A stretch of DNA of 64,000 nt from an uncultured delta proteobacterium. Lineage in GTDB: Bacteria > Myxococcota_A > Polyangia > Fen-1088. Position 1 is the stretch's first letter. Each line of letters starts with the position of its first letter. The stretch lies in NCBI GenBank assembly GCA_963755125.1, contig CAVWIP010000015.1:192001-256000 (forward strand), written 5' to 3'. Positions 9,944 through 19,378 of this stretch are shown in pieces. Below the pieces are notes generated by a model. That model was not told the DNA's origin. It saw nothing but the letters and a program-made list of their open reading frames with translations, and ran no database searches. The translations under genes were made by a program, and so were the position numbers.

Positions 9944-10357
9944 ATGACTGAAACCGTGAAGGTGAACCCCGCCGATCTGTTGCGCGTGCTCTTGGCACTG
10001 CCTGAAAGACTGGCAGCGCTCGAACAGGCTGTGCGCGATTTAGCTATTCGCATCGAATCTGGCGAACGCTCGGCAAAATGCAAACTCGTACACCTTCCAC
10101 CAGCTCAAGAGAGGCTGCTGGCGTCCTTGCCGGCCACTCCACCGGGTATTCCAGCACGGGAAGCGGCCCGCCTGGCAGGATGCAACCACCTCTACGCCCG
10201 CCAGCTCCTGCTGCGGATGGTGGACGCGGGCGAGGTCCTGCGATCCGAAACCACGACAGCCCGCAACGGGACGCAACTCTACTGGCGCGCACCCGACGCA
10301 CCAAGCCGCTCATCTGACGAGCGCTCCGCGAGCGGCGCCAGTGGGGGGCGCTGGTGA
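9944..10357 (+). CDS. Hypothetical protein, probable C-terminal winged-helix
   Basis: RBS GAGG; AREAARLAGCNHLYARQLLLRMVDAGEV pattern. Confidence 0.55.
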   Translation: MTETVKVNPADLLRVLLALPERLAALEQAVRDLAIRIESGERSAKCKLVHLPPAQERLLASLPATPPGIPAREAARLAGCNHLYARQLLLRMVDAGEVLRSETTTARNGTQLYWRAPDAPSRSSDERSASGASGGRW

Positions 10358-10369
10358 TCGGTTGCCAAC

Positions 10370-10455
10370 GAGCGCTCCGCGCGAGCGAACAGGCCACGCA
10401 AGAAAACGCAGCAGATCGATCAAGTCCCAGAGCGCTCCTCGCGAGCGAACAGGCC
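10370..10455 (+). repeat. 26-bp direct repeat (iteron-like), 60-bp period
   Basis: GAGCGCTCC(G/T)CGCGAGCGAACAGGCC at 10370 and 10430; partial copy near 10319. Confidence 0.75.
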
Positions 10456-10495
10456 GCCCATGTCAGCACCCCCGAACAAGGAAAGGCGTAACCCC

Positions 10496-11014
10496 ATGCC
10501 CAGAACATGCACCATCTGCAAACACCCCAACCGGCACGAGATCGACCAAGCGCTCGTTTCGGGCCGCTCGTTTCGCGACGTAGCGGGACAATACGAAACA
10601 AGCCCCTCAGCCGTGCACCGCCACCGCAGCCACGTCCTTCCGGCCGTGGCCGAGGCGAAGCAAGCCAAGGACGACGCCCACGCCGACTCTCTGCGCGGCA
10701 AGCTTGCTGAACTGGAAGCCACGGCCCATCGGATCGCAGCAAAGGCCGAGGCCAAACACGACCTCAAAACCGCGTTGACCGCCATTCGGGAATTGACCCG
10801 GCTGGTGGAGCTGTCCGCCAGGATGCAGGGCGAGCTACCTGCGCAGCCGGTTGCGGTCACGGTGGCGCCACCGAAGCCGATGACCCTAGAAGAGGCGGCG
10901 GAGATCATCAAGCGCGCCCCTGCCTTGGCCCGACGCGCGCAGGAGCTTGGGCTGTTCTCGGAAGGCGCGACTTCACCCCCCGCTGGTGGTCCAACCTTGG
11001 CCATCGCGAAGTGA
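10496..11014 (+). CDS. Phage-related HTH protein, possibly small terminase-like
   Basis: MPRTCTICKHPNRHEIDQAL..G.SFRDVA..Y....SAVHRH followed by a helical region; follows the rep module. Confidence 0.55.
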   Translation: MPRTCTICKHPNRHEIDQALVSGRSFRDVAGQYETSPSAVHRHRSHVLPAVAEAKQAKDDAHADSLRGKLAELEATAHRIAAKAEAKHDLKTALTAIRELTRLVELSARMQGELPAQPVAVTVAPPKPMTLEEAAEIIKRAPALARRAQELGLFSEGATSPPAGGPTLAIAK

Positions 11015-11176
11015 GCCCCTTGCCCCGAGTGAATGACGCCCCACCGACGGAAAACACCTGCGGCCACCGCCGGCAGGGCAGACAAGAAGCACCACGGACG
11101 ATCCATCCTGCCCCCCACTAGCTACCTGTGGCAATGCCCGCAGGTATGCTTCCCCTTTTGAACAAGGAGACCCCAC

Positions 11177-11443
11177 ATGCCCGAATCCACACCCCCCTCA
11201 AGCCTACTCGAACGTGACGCACTGGCGGCCAAGTACGCCGCGCAGCAAGCTGAGGCTTGGCGGCGGTACAAGGATATCCTTCGCCCGCTGCAAACCCTTC
11301 AGCCCATGCTCGCCGATCTGTTGGACGCTCCCCCCCGGCTGGGGGAGCTGGCCGAGGAGGCGAGGCACGCGTTGGACCGGATTGATGCTGCTCGCCCCCA
11401 ACTTGTCGAGCTGCTGAGTGGCCTGGCCAAGCTCACACCCTGA
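11177..11443 (+). CDS. Hypothetical protein
   Basis: Strong RBS AAGGAG; 88 aa helical. Confidence 0.55.
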   Translation: MPESTPPSSLLERDALAAKYAAQQAEAWRRYKDILRPLQTLQPMLADLLDAPPRLGELAEEARHALDRIDAARPQLVELLSGLAKLTP

Positions 11444-11524
11444 CGCTCCACCGCCCAAGTCTGACGCTACGTGGCCGCCCGTACACAGACCGTTCGGCTT
11501 GTGTACACCGATGCACTTTGGTAC

Positions 11525-11552
11525 TTGACGACAGATACCAGTGGTATACACT
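11525..11552 (+). promoter_or_regulatory. Sigma70-like promoter TTGACG-16-TACACT
   Basis: Near-consensus boxes ending just before ATG 11559. Confidence 0.5.
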
Positions 11553-11558
11553 GAAACC

Positions 11559-11768
11559 ATGGCAAAGCGAATCAAGGCAGGCGATCCCAAGGTGGCAGTC
11601 GGCTACGTTCGTGTCAGCACGGATGACAAACTGACCGAGGAGGAAATGGAGGCTGCGGCTGACGATGCGGACAATGAGGATCTGCCTGCGGCCGATCTAC
11701 CTCCGGGCCTGGTTGCCGCTCTGGCAGCGGCCGGTGTGAAGACGAAGAAGGATTGGGATGATCTGTGA
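11559..11768 (+). pseudogene. Serine recombinase N-terminal stub fused to an unrelated acidic tail
   Basis: AVGYVRVSTDD is the resolvase catalytic-Ser motif; similarity stops immediately after it. Confidence 0.65.
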
Positions 11769-11854
11769 ACCTTGTGCTCTCCTGGCCTCAACTCACCACA
11801 CCCGAGGCGCGGGAACGTCTCGGGGCCTACCTGGAAGACGAAAGGGGACACGAC

Positions 11855-12046
11855 ATGGGCAGAACGAAGACCGCGAAGGAAAAGGGACCGACCGTGCAAA
11901 CCGCCGTCCGTCTTGACCCGGAACTAATAGCCCGCCTGGACGCCATCGCGGGCAAGCTGTCCCGGCCTGGCCTCGAAGTGACCCGCACCGATGCGCTTCG
12001 CATCTGTCTGCTGACCGGCCTGCAGGCCATCGAAAAGGAGCGGTAG
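11855..12046 (+). CDS. Ribbon-helix-helix (CopG-like) regulator
   Basis: QTAVRLDPELIARLDAIA..VTRTDALRICLLTGL; directly upstream of int. Confidence 0.75.
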   Translation: MGRTKTAKEKGPTVQTAVRLDPELIARLDAIAGKLSRPGLEVTRTDALRICLLTGLQAIEKER

Positions 12047-12048
12047 CG

Positions 12049-13254
12049 ATGCCTCGCCGCCAGCGTCGAAGCTCATTCGGCTACGTCAGCGCCACCGGAA
12101 CGGCCACGCATCCCTCGTTTTCGATCCGCTGGTACGAGGGGAGCCAGCGGCGACGGCGCAGCGGCTTTCGCACGAAGACCGAAGCGGTCGAAGCGCTGGC
12201 ACGTGTCCGCACGATGCTTGGCGATGGCACCCTGCCTGAGAGGCGGCGGGCGAGCGTTTCTTTCGACAAGGTGGCCCGCGAATGGCTGGACCTGCACAGC
12301 AAGCCCAACCTGCGCAGCCATGATGACAACGAAGAACGCTACACCAAACACGTCAAGCCGTTCTTCGGGGACACGCCGCTTGCGGCGGTGACGGCCGCGC
12401 GTGTCCTGGAACTGCGGGCGAAGCTACAGGCGAGGACCCGAACAGTGGGGAAGGGCAAGAACGCAGAGACGCGCCACCTAGCCGCGAGGACGATCAATCT
12501 CACGATGGCCCTGGTTCGCAGCATCCTGCGCTTTGCCGTGTCCAACGGGCACATCCCGGCATCACCAACGGATCGCATCGGCCGCGGGAAGCTCATGCTG
12601 GCCGTGGACAAGTCCAAGCTGGCGCCGCCCATCGGCACGGCCGAAGACGTGGGGCGCGTGTTGGAGGAGATCCGCAAGATCGGCGAGGAGACGCACCGGC
12701 CCGTGCTCTATGGCCTCTTCGCCACCCTGGCCTACACCGGCTTGCGCCGGGGCGAGGCTTGCGGCCTGCGCTGGTCTGACGTGGACCTGCAACGGCACTT
12801 GATCACAGTGCGTCGCTCCTACGAGGGGCGAACCAAGAGCGGCAAGGATCGGTTGGTGCCCATCCCGGCCGCGCTGTTGCCCATCCTGCAGCAGCATCGG
12901 TTGGCCGACCCGTGGAAGGGCGAGCTGGTCTTCCCCAACGAGGAAGGCGGGATCTGCTACTCGAAGAACTCGAAGCCGGGGAAGTTTCTGGAACTGGCCC
13001 TCAAGCGTTGCGGCCTGCCCCGTATCCGCGTCCACGACCTGCGCCACGTCTTTGCCAGCCACTTCGTCATGTCCGGCGGGGACATCTTCACCCTGCAACG
13101 GATCTTGGGCCACAGCACGCCGCAGATCACATCCGACACCTACGCGCACCTATCCCCGGCGCACCTGGCAGGCGCAGCGGATCGGGTTTCCTTCCCGGTC
13201 CCGGCCGCACCGGCCAGGGTGATCCCATTCGAGGCCGCGACCACGACAAGGTAG
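12049..13254 (+). CDS. int: Tyrosine integrase
   Basis: TGLRRGE, TKSG, HDLRH, LGHS and DTYAH: full catalytic set; adjacent to the tRNA att. Confidence 0.96.
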   Translation: MPRRQRRSSFGYVSATGTATHPSFSIRWYEGSQRRRRSGFRTKTEAVEALARVRTMLGDGTLPERRRASVSFDKVAREWLDLHSKPNLRSHDDNEERYTKHVKPFFGDTPLAAVTAARVLELRAKLQARTRTVGKGKNAETRHLAARTINLTMALVRSILRFAVSNGHIPASPTDRIGRGKLMLAVDKSKLAPPIGTAEDVGRVLEEIRKIGEETHRPVLYGLFATLAYTGLRRGEACGLRWSDVDLQRHLITVRRSYEGRTKSGKDRLVPIPAALLPILQQHRLADPWKGELVFPNEEGGICYSKNSKPGKFLELALKRCGLPRIRVHDLRHVFASHFVMSGGDIFTLQRILGHSTPQITSDTYAHLSPAHLAGAADRVSFPVPAAPARVIPFEAATTTR

Positions 13255-13320
13255 CGGCAAGGATTGGGCATTCCGTCCGCTCGCTCGGATGCAGGGCAGG
13301 GACGCCCGTTTCGGGAGTTA

Positions 13321-13343
13321 CTAGGACCTATTTAGGACCTACC
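13321..13343 (+). repeat. Putative integrase arm-type sites (right)
   Basis: CTAGGACCTATTTAGGACCTACC, matching 3285-3307. Confidence 0.7.
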
Positions 13344-13407
13344 TGCCGCCCGCTGGCGCGTCCTGCCGATGGGCGAGAGTCCGCAATTTCCGAATGATTC
13401 TAGGCAG

Positions 13408-13490
13408 TGCCGGAGAGGGGAGTCGAACCCCTAAGCCTGTTAGGACGGCGGATTTTGAGTCCGCTGCGTTTGCCATTCCGCCACTCCGGC
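13408..13490 (-). tRNA. tRNA-Leu(CAA)
   Basis: GCCGGAG acceptor stem, anticodon arm GCGGA-CTCAAAA-TCCGC, long variable arm, TTCGA T-loop; CCA not encoded. Confidence 0.96.
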
Positions 13491-13636
13491 AATCTGTCAA
13501 TAGTTTATGCTAGTTAGGCCTACTTGGCCACCTGTTCTAAACTGTCCGGCGTTGCAGCAGCCGTTGCAGTTCTCTTCCTGTCGTGCCAGGGGCAGTATCT
13601 TCCCCATCGTCGCCGTGAAGTCAACCGCCACGCGGC

Positions 13637-14962
13637 CTGACCGTTGATCTTTGGCGAAAAGTGCGGCATTGGTGCGGGAACTCCGCGAAATGCCTGTGGA
13701 TAACGTCATTTGGACGCCTTCAGGAGACGCAGAGGACGCATGGTGGGTGGTTCGAGAATCAGGGGCACGGAGAGGCGGTCGAAGCGCGCGGAGAATGTGC
13801 CGAGCGCCAAGGCTCTGATGCCGATGGTGACGAAGGACTGACGAGGCCCTTTGCGTTTGCAGCGCAGGCGCAAAGAGGGATCGATCAGCGCGGCGGTGAT
13901 GCCCACCAGAGTCCAGATCAAGAGGGCTACGGCCAGAAGGCTAACGAAGCGGGCCAGGGCCACTGGGTCGCGGAACTGGGTCCAAAAGAGCTTGGCGCCG
14001 AAACGTCGGCCTTTCGTGTCTCGGAATTGCTCCTCGACGGTCATGCGGCGGTCATAGAGCGCCAGCACCTGCTTGGCGGAACCGGGTTCGCTGGTGGCGA
14101 CCCACCACGGTTCATGAGCACCAGGAGCCCAGTATCCGATGATGCGAACCGAGACAACACCGTCGGCACGCAGCGGAACCACGCCGAGATCGAGCACCTG
14201 CCCTGGTTGCAGGAGAATGGCCTCCAATGGTCAACGTACACCAGGCTCAAGCTCGACGTAGACATCGGCCATCAAACGGACGACGAAGCCCAAGCGCAGC
14301 GTCTGCAACAACGCCAGCCAACTCGCGCGACGAAATCCGCGGTCGCACAGAATCGTCGCGGTGACACCCGCCCGACGGGTGACGTCGGCCAGGAAGCGCA
14401 GGAAGGTATTCTCCCGGGTATTCTGCGAGCGATCTCGGATCAACTTGCGCCAACCTTGAACGAAGACGGGGATGGCCCGCTTGCCGGTGACCATGGCAGC
14501 GACCAGGAGGCGCAAGTCATGGTGCCATTCGGTCCAGTCCACAGCGAGCAGGACATGCCGATCCGGGCGACGGGCGAGCAAATCCAGCGACCGCGTGGCG
14601 AATTCAAGATAGTCGACGTGCTCATTGCGCAGCAGCCGGTAGAAGCGATTGACCGCACTGTCCAGCCTGGTCCGCAGCCAGCCGGCCAGAGTCGTGGCGA
14701 TGGCGAACGAGCGAGCCTGACCAGTGGCGGCGATGGCGGCGATGATCAGACCCAGCGTTCTGCGGCGCGCCTTATGAAAAGGGTCGAGCAAGTCGCTGAG
14801 AAATGGGTAGGTTCGTTCTGGGCTCACGGGGAAACCTCCTGCGTTTAGTTGGCAAACCAAACTTCGGAGGACCCGTGGGCCCTTTTCCACTTATTTTTCA
14901 CGCTATTTCGTAAGTGATCGAAATGATCCAGCTTTTTCGGGCTCGATCTGATAGGCGGTCAG
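13637..14962 (-). mobile_element. IS4-family insertion sequence (1326 bp)
   Basis: Ends CTGACCG.../...CGGTCAG; 9-bp target duplication CCACGCGGC at 13628-13636 and 14963-14971. Confidence 0.85.
13706..14827 (-). pseudogene. IS4-family DDE transposase with one in-frame TGA (14231-14233)
   Basis: AGGAGG+GTG start; LAVDWT, ILCDRGF and Y..RM.VEEQFRDTK motifs split over two same-frame ORFs. Confidence 0.85.
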
Positions 14963-15041
14963 CCACGCGGCCAAGGTCAGGGCATCAGCTAGCGAGCAGG
15001 AGTCACGGGACTCGAGTATCACGTCGGGGAGAGGGCGCGCG

Positions 15042-17129
15042 CTAGTTGTTTACAAACTTCGAGAGCAACCTCACGTACGCCGCTTGGTAGCCCAAATCAG
15101 GCTCGGTGACCTGCCACGAATCGACCGGCCAGCCGTCGTTGAAATCCTTGTACGACTTCATGGGCGGCTGCCCGGCGGGCGGGATTGGGTTCACGCATAG
15201 TGCGTTGTTCGCGGCGGACCCACACCCCGTGGGGCAACAGCTATCCAGTGTGTAGCTCGGATTCGCGCCTCCCACGAGATAGCCGGGCGCGGGTCCGTAC
15301 TTGGACACGCCGACGATGCTCCAATCGGTCCCAGGCGCAAACCACGAATGGTAAAGCGAGGTCACGGAGTTCGAAGCGCCGATCGAGTTGACGTTCGACA
15401 AGAACACTTTCGAGAGCGGGTTGACACCGTGGAAGTAGTGCACGTGGCGCTCGGCGGCCGTCATCGCATCTGTGGTTTTCGCCGAATCGAGTCCGTACGT
15501 CGGGACCAGCGTGAACAACAAGCCCTGCGCGGCTTGGGTCTCATCGCTACCCCACACAAAATCCGCAAGATACGCCACGTAGGCGCCTTTGCTGCCGGTA
15601 TACGCCGGGAAGTTGTCGCCCACATTTAGCCCTGCGAGCACGTTGGTTTTGATCGCAGAAACTACCGCTGCTGTGGCGTGCGTGGCGATGGTGTAAGTGA
15701 GGAGCGCGTCGAGGTCCCCGAGGTGCCACGGACCGACGTAGCCCGCGAGGTTCGATGTCAAGCCGCCCGCATTGTAGTTGGCGTCGAAATAGGTCTGGTA
15801 CGTGGTGCTTCCCGTCGCTGCAAAAAGCCACGCCGACGTGTCCAGCTTGATTTGCGCGAGGGCCGCGGCGGAGACATCCTGTTGGCCCGCGCCAAGCCCG
15901 GAGGTGCCGGACGCCGCATCGTTGTTCTGAAAAAAGACTGCGGGATTTGCCACGGCCCACGTCCAGGCATTTTCGGCGCGAGTCAGAAGATCGGCGGCAT
16001 ACGAGGAGAGTGAAGGAATGTCTTGGAGTACGATCGAGGCGTACGCAAACGCACCCGCGGTGCTCAATGTCGCCGACGTATTGACCTCGCCGTAGAAACA
16101 CTTCGCGTTCGATGCCGAAGGCGGCGACGTTACCACGCCGGTTGTCGGCGGAACTTCGCCCGCGATGCTCAGCACCGATCCATTGGAGCCCGCGCCGTCT
16201 TGCATCTTCTTCATCCAATTGAGTTCCCACATCACCTCGTCCAAGATATCGGGCACGCCGTTGCCCGATTCAGGGATGTTCACATCGTCGGTGAACGCTT
16301 TCGGACTCTCGGCGTACGCGCGCAGAAGTTGGATGACATCGGCGGCCGCCCAATTGGTGTATTTGTTGTAGTCACCCGCATCGAACCAGCCGCCACTGAG
16401 GTCTTGCGGATTGCTTTTCGTGAGAAAATCTTGGCAGGCAGTATCGCCAGGAAAGTCCAACGCGTCCGCCCAATCCGCGCCCGCGTACTGTGCGGTCTTC
16501 GCGATGCCAAAGCGTTGATAGTAGTACATCTTCTGAGCGGCTTTGAATATGTTGGCGTAGACCGTGTCGCTGATCTGAAACGGATACGAGCGCACGTTGT
16601 TGCCGGTATCGACGACGACATAGGTGCCCGGTGTTGTGAGCGCGCTGAACGTGAGCCACCAGGTCTTGTCCCCGGAGCCATGGTTGGTGTCGCTATCGGT
16701 CGCGCCGGCGTTCCATGCGACGGGCGCGCCGCTCCAGACCGTTGCACCCGAATGCACGTCGACGACGGAGAGTGAGGCGCTCGGAGCGAAGGTCGTGGTT
16801 GCATCAAAGCCGGTGACAGGCGTGCGCACCACCGCGATTTTCTCGGCGCCCGTGCGATACCCGAATTGGTCGATCACCAAGAAGGGTGTCGTGGGAATCG
16901 CCTGCGTCGCCGCGTTCCACGGCACACCGACGACTGTCGTATCGCTGGAAGCAAAATCGACGGCACTCGAAACGTCGGGGGACGATGTCGCGGCGGCGAT
17001 GGCGTCCGAGGTGGCGGCATCGAGCGAAGCCCCATCGCCGTGGGCATCGACGCTGGAAGATGACTTGGAGCTAGAACAGGTGAGAAGGGGGAAGCAGACG
17101 ACAACCAGGGTGGGCGAGCGAAGTTTCAT
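15042..17129 (-). CDS. Glycoside hydrolase family 9 (endoglucanase-like) with N-terminal Ig-like domain, probable lipoprotein
   Basis: IDQFGY..AEKIAV, YYYQR.G, LSGGWFDAGDYNKY, NGVPDILDE, C-terminal WQVTEP; LLTC lipobox. Confidence 0.9.
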   Translation of the reverse strand: MKLRSPTLVVVCFPLLTCSSSKSSSSVDAHGDGASLDAATSDAIAAATSSPDVSSAVDFASSDTTVVGVPWNAATQAIPTTPFLVIDQFGYRTGAEKIAVVRTPVTGFDATTTFAPSASLSVVDVHSGATVWSGAPVAWNAGATDSDTNHGSGDKTWWLTFSALTTPGTYVVVDTGNNVRSYPFQISDTVYANIFKAAQKMYYYQRFGIAKTAQYAGADWADALDFPGDTACQDFLTKSNPQDLSGGWFDAGDYNKYTNWAAADVIQLLRAYAESPKAFTDDVNIPESGNGVPDILDEVMWELNWMKKMQDGAGSNGSVLSIAGEVPPTTGVVTSPPSASNAKCFYGEVNTSATLSTAGAFAYASIVLQDIPSLSSYAADLLTRAENAWTWAVANPAVFFQNNDAASGTSGLGAGQQDVSAAALAQIKLDTSAWLFAATGSTTYQTYFDANYNAGGLTSNLAGYVGPWHLGDLDALLTYTIATHATAAVVSAIKTNVLAGLNVGDNFPAYTGSKGAYVAYLADFVWGSDETQAAQGLLFTLVPTYGLDSAKTTDAMTAAERHVHYFHGVNPLSKVFLSNVNSIGASNSVTSLYHSWFAPGTDWSIVGVSKYGPAPGYLVGGANPSYTLDSCCPTGCGSAANNALCVNPIPPAGQPPMKSYKDFNDGWPVDSWQVTEPDLGYQAAYVRLLSKFVNN

Positions 17130-17345
17130 CGCGTGAGTAGAAGCCATGAATCTACCGCGCGCAATGGCAGAATCGTTCGGTCTGGGTGAGAGCAGCCGAT
17201 GCCCTCCACGTTGCGTGCAGGTCAACGACACGTTTACGACTATGTCATCGTGGGGTGGTGGAGCAAGGTGGTGTGGAAACTCAGGATGGTCGACTCCTGG
17301 CCGTCATGCCGGGTAGAACCTGGCCATCGACGCCGCGAAGTCAAA

Positions 17346-18608
17346 CTAGGAACCGATGAGGGGAGTGCTGGGCGGGCTGCCGCGTCCGATCAGATCGAGC
17401 AGACGTTTGACCATCTGGTCGAAGGTGGTCCGCCTCTCGTTGTCGGTTGCCAGTGGACGGTACAGGCGCCCACCCGCCATGGTGCCGTGACCCCCGGCTG
17501 CGCCCTCCGAGCTGATGAGCTGTCTCATCAACGTGCCGGCTCGGCGTTCGCTGGGCTCGGTGCGCAGCGACAGGAAGAAGCGATCGCCGTAGCAACCGCA
17601 GCAGAGGACAAAGTGCGCCCCTTCCCACGCGAGCAGCAGGTCCGCGACCTCGGCCACCAGATCGGGGTAGGCGATGCTGCCCATATTGACGGCAATCAGA
17701 TCGCCCCAGATCTGCGCCGAGCGGAGCGCGCGGTCCAGTGCCGAGAAGTGCTCGCGTGGCACCTTGGGCTGTGAGATCCGCGAGAGCAGATGGAAATCCA
17801 CCAACGGAAAAAGAAACAAGTACGCCACGCGCTCGGCGTGGGTGGCCTCACGGCCCAGATCGCGCGTTTCGGCCCGCAGGGCGTAGAACAGCGCGGTGGC
17901 CAGTGGCGCGTCGAGCGGCACCTTCATGGCTCGCAGATACTCGACAACGATGGTCGAGGTGGCGCCCAGCTCAGGCCGAATATCGCGCCAGGGCACCTGC
18001 GCGCTCTCCTGATGCGCCGGGTGATGATCGATGACCACGTCGATAGGTCGGCCCGCTGGCAGCGAGTTGTTGCCGGTGCCCGGTTGGCTGTCGACGATGG
18101 CCAGGGCATCGTAGGCGGCCGGATCCAGAGCGTCGCTTGCCACCAGCGGGATCGCGAGGGTTTCCACCATGGCGCGGTTCTCGGCACGGCCCACGATGCC
18201 TCCCAGCACCGGGGTGGCCTTGATTGGCAGGACGTGCTCGACCAGACGCTTTAGCCCGAACGCGGATGCCAAGGCATCGGGGTCCGGGTTGTCGTGCATG
18301 TAGATGAGCAGGTCGTGCCGCCCCCGCAAACGCGCCAGCGCCGGCCCCAGGTCGAAATCAAACACGTCCAGTTCGGGCGGAACCTCGGCCGGGTCGTCGT
18401 TGCGTGCGTCGCCCGCCACCCAGTGGGTGGCATCGTCAGACGAATTGCCGCGTGGGGAGCCCGCCGGCTCTGCCAGCGCCGCGCGTGGCGCACCACCGCG
18501 GGAGGGTTTGGCGAGGCCGAGCGAAGCGAGCGGGGTGGGGGTGGACGTGGGGGGCCGAAGGGCGGAGCGAACCCTTTGAGGGTTCCCATGTGAATTCTTG
18601 CCCGGCAT
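17346..18608 (-). CDS. DHH-family phosphoesterase
   Basis: HDNPDPDALAS, IVDSQ, IDHH, GGHGTMAGG. Confidence 0.9.
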   Translation of the reverse strand: MPGKNSHGNPQRVRSALRPPTSTPTPLASLGLAKPSRGGAPRAALAEPAGSPRGNSSDDATHWVAGDARNDDPAEVPPELDVFDFDLGPALARLRGRHDLLIYMHDNPDPDALASAFGLKRLVEHVLPIKATPVLGGIVGRAENRAMVETLAIPLVASDALDPAAYDALAIVDSQPGTGNNSLPAGRPIDVVIDHHPAHQESAQVPWRDIRPELGATSTIVVEYLRAMKVPLDAPLATALFYALRAETRDLGREATHAERVAYLFLFPLVDFHLLSRISQPKVPREHFSALDRALRSAQIWGDLIAVNMGSIAYPDLVAEVADLLLAWEGAHFVLCCGCYGDRFFLSLRTEPSERRAGTLMRQLISSEGAAGGHGTMAGGRLYRPLATDNERRTTFDQMVKRLLDLIGRGSPPSTPLIGS

Positions 18609-18619
18609 GACGATCCGTT

Positions 18620-19324
18620 CTACCTCGCAGGGCGGATGCGCAGGTTGTCGAAGTAGACATCCGCCTCCCAGTCGTCGATTGCGAAGAACTCGTGACCCGG
18701 ACCGGCAAGCGGCGCGGGATCGGTCCACGCCAGAAAGGGCGCGCCGTCGAGCTTCCAGTCAATCAGGCCGCCCTGGCGTGTGATGGTGAAATGGTAGGTG
18801 CGGCCCATCTCCACCGGCGGGGGCTGCCCGGGTTCCCGCCTCTTTGCGGCCTTGACGGCGTCATCGTGCTCGCCCAGCCGGCCGATGATGCTGTCGCTGT
18901 TGTTCCATCCACCCAGAATGACCACGTAGCTGGTGGGGTCATAGCGTCCCTTGTCCGGGTCGAAGGACTCGCCATCGCCGTAGAGCTCGACCTTGATGTC
19001 GCCGGCCGGGCTTTTCGACATGACATCGAAATCGATGACCACGTCGCGGGGTAGCTTGCGCCGCAGCCAGATGGGATGATTATAGGCGCGCGTCACGGCC
19101 AGCTTGCCATCAGCGATGCGGTAGGCACCGCCGCTGGTGTCCAGCCAGTCTGGGCCTGGCTCGGCCCGATCGAAGTCATCCGCAAACGGCGACGCAATCA
19201 CGGGCACCCGGGCCTTGCATCCAAGGGCGGCCAGGGCGGCGACGGCCAGCGAAGCAATTGCCAATCTGTGCTGCACGAAGGCTACGCGGGGAACCCTACC
19301 GGGTTGCGGGCCAGTCCGCAACAT
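18620..19324 (-). CDS. Conserved lipoprotein (beta-sandwich; true start probably ~19276)
   Basis: Lipobox ALGC; FADDFDR...YFDNLRI pattern; co-oriented in the operon. Confidence 0.7.
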   Translation of the reverse strand: MLRTGPQPGRVPRVAFVQHRLAIASLAVAALAALGCKARVPVIASPFADDFDRAEPGPDWLDTSGGAYRIADGKLAVTRAYNHPIWLRRKLPRDVVIDFDVMSKSPAGDIKVELYGDGESFDPDKGRYDPTSYVVILGGWNNSDSIIGRLGEHDDAVKAAKRREPGQPPPVEMGRTYHFTITRQGGLIDWKLDGAPFLAWTDPAPLAGPGHEFFAIDDWEADVYFDNLRIRPAR

Positions 19325-19378
19325 GGGCTACGGACAATAGAATTATCTGTTCCAGATCAAGTAGTTGAAAACCATATT

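Larger units (their letters stand above)
3137..13460. mobile_element. tRNA-Leu(CAA)-integrated phage-satellite/IME-like element (~10.3 kb)
   Basis: 54-bp direct repeat 3137-3190 / 13407-13460 equals the tRNA 3' half. Encodes integrase, excisionase and primase-helicase; no capsid, tail or conjugation genes. Confidence 0.9.

Noticed and set aside
14231..14233. Selenocysteine or programmed read-through of the transposase TGA
   Set aside because: Not a redox or catalytic position and no supporting signal identified; a nonsense mutation is simpler.
13661..14848. 395-aa plus-strand ORF
   Set aside because: Antisense shadow of the IS4 transposase.
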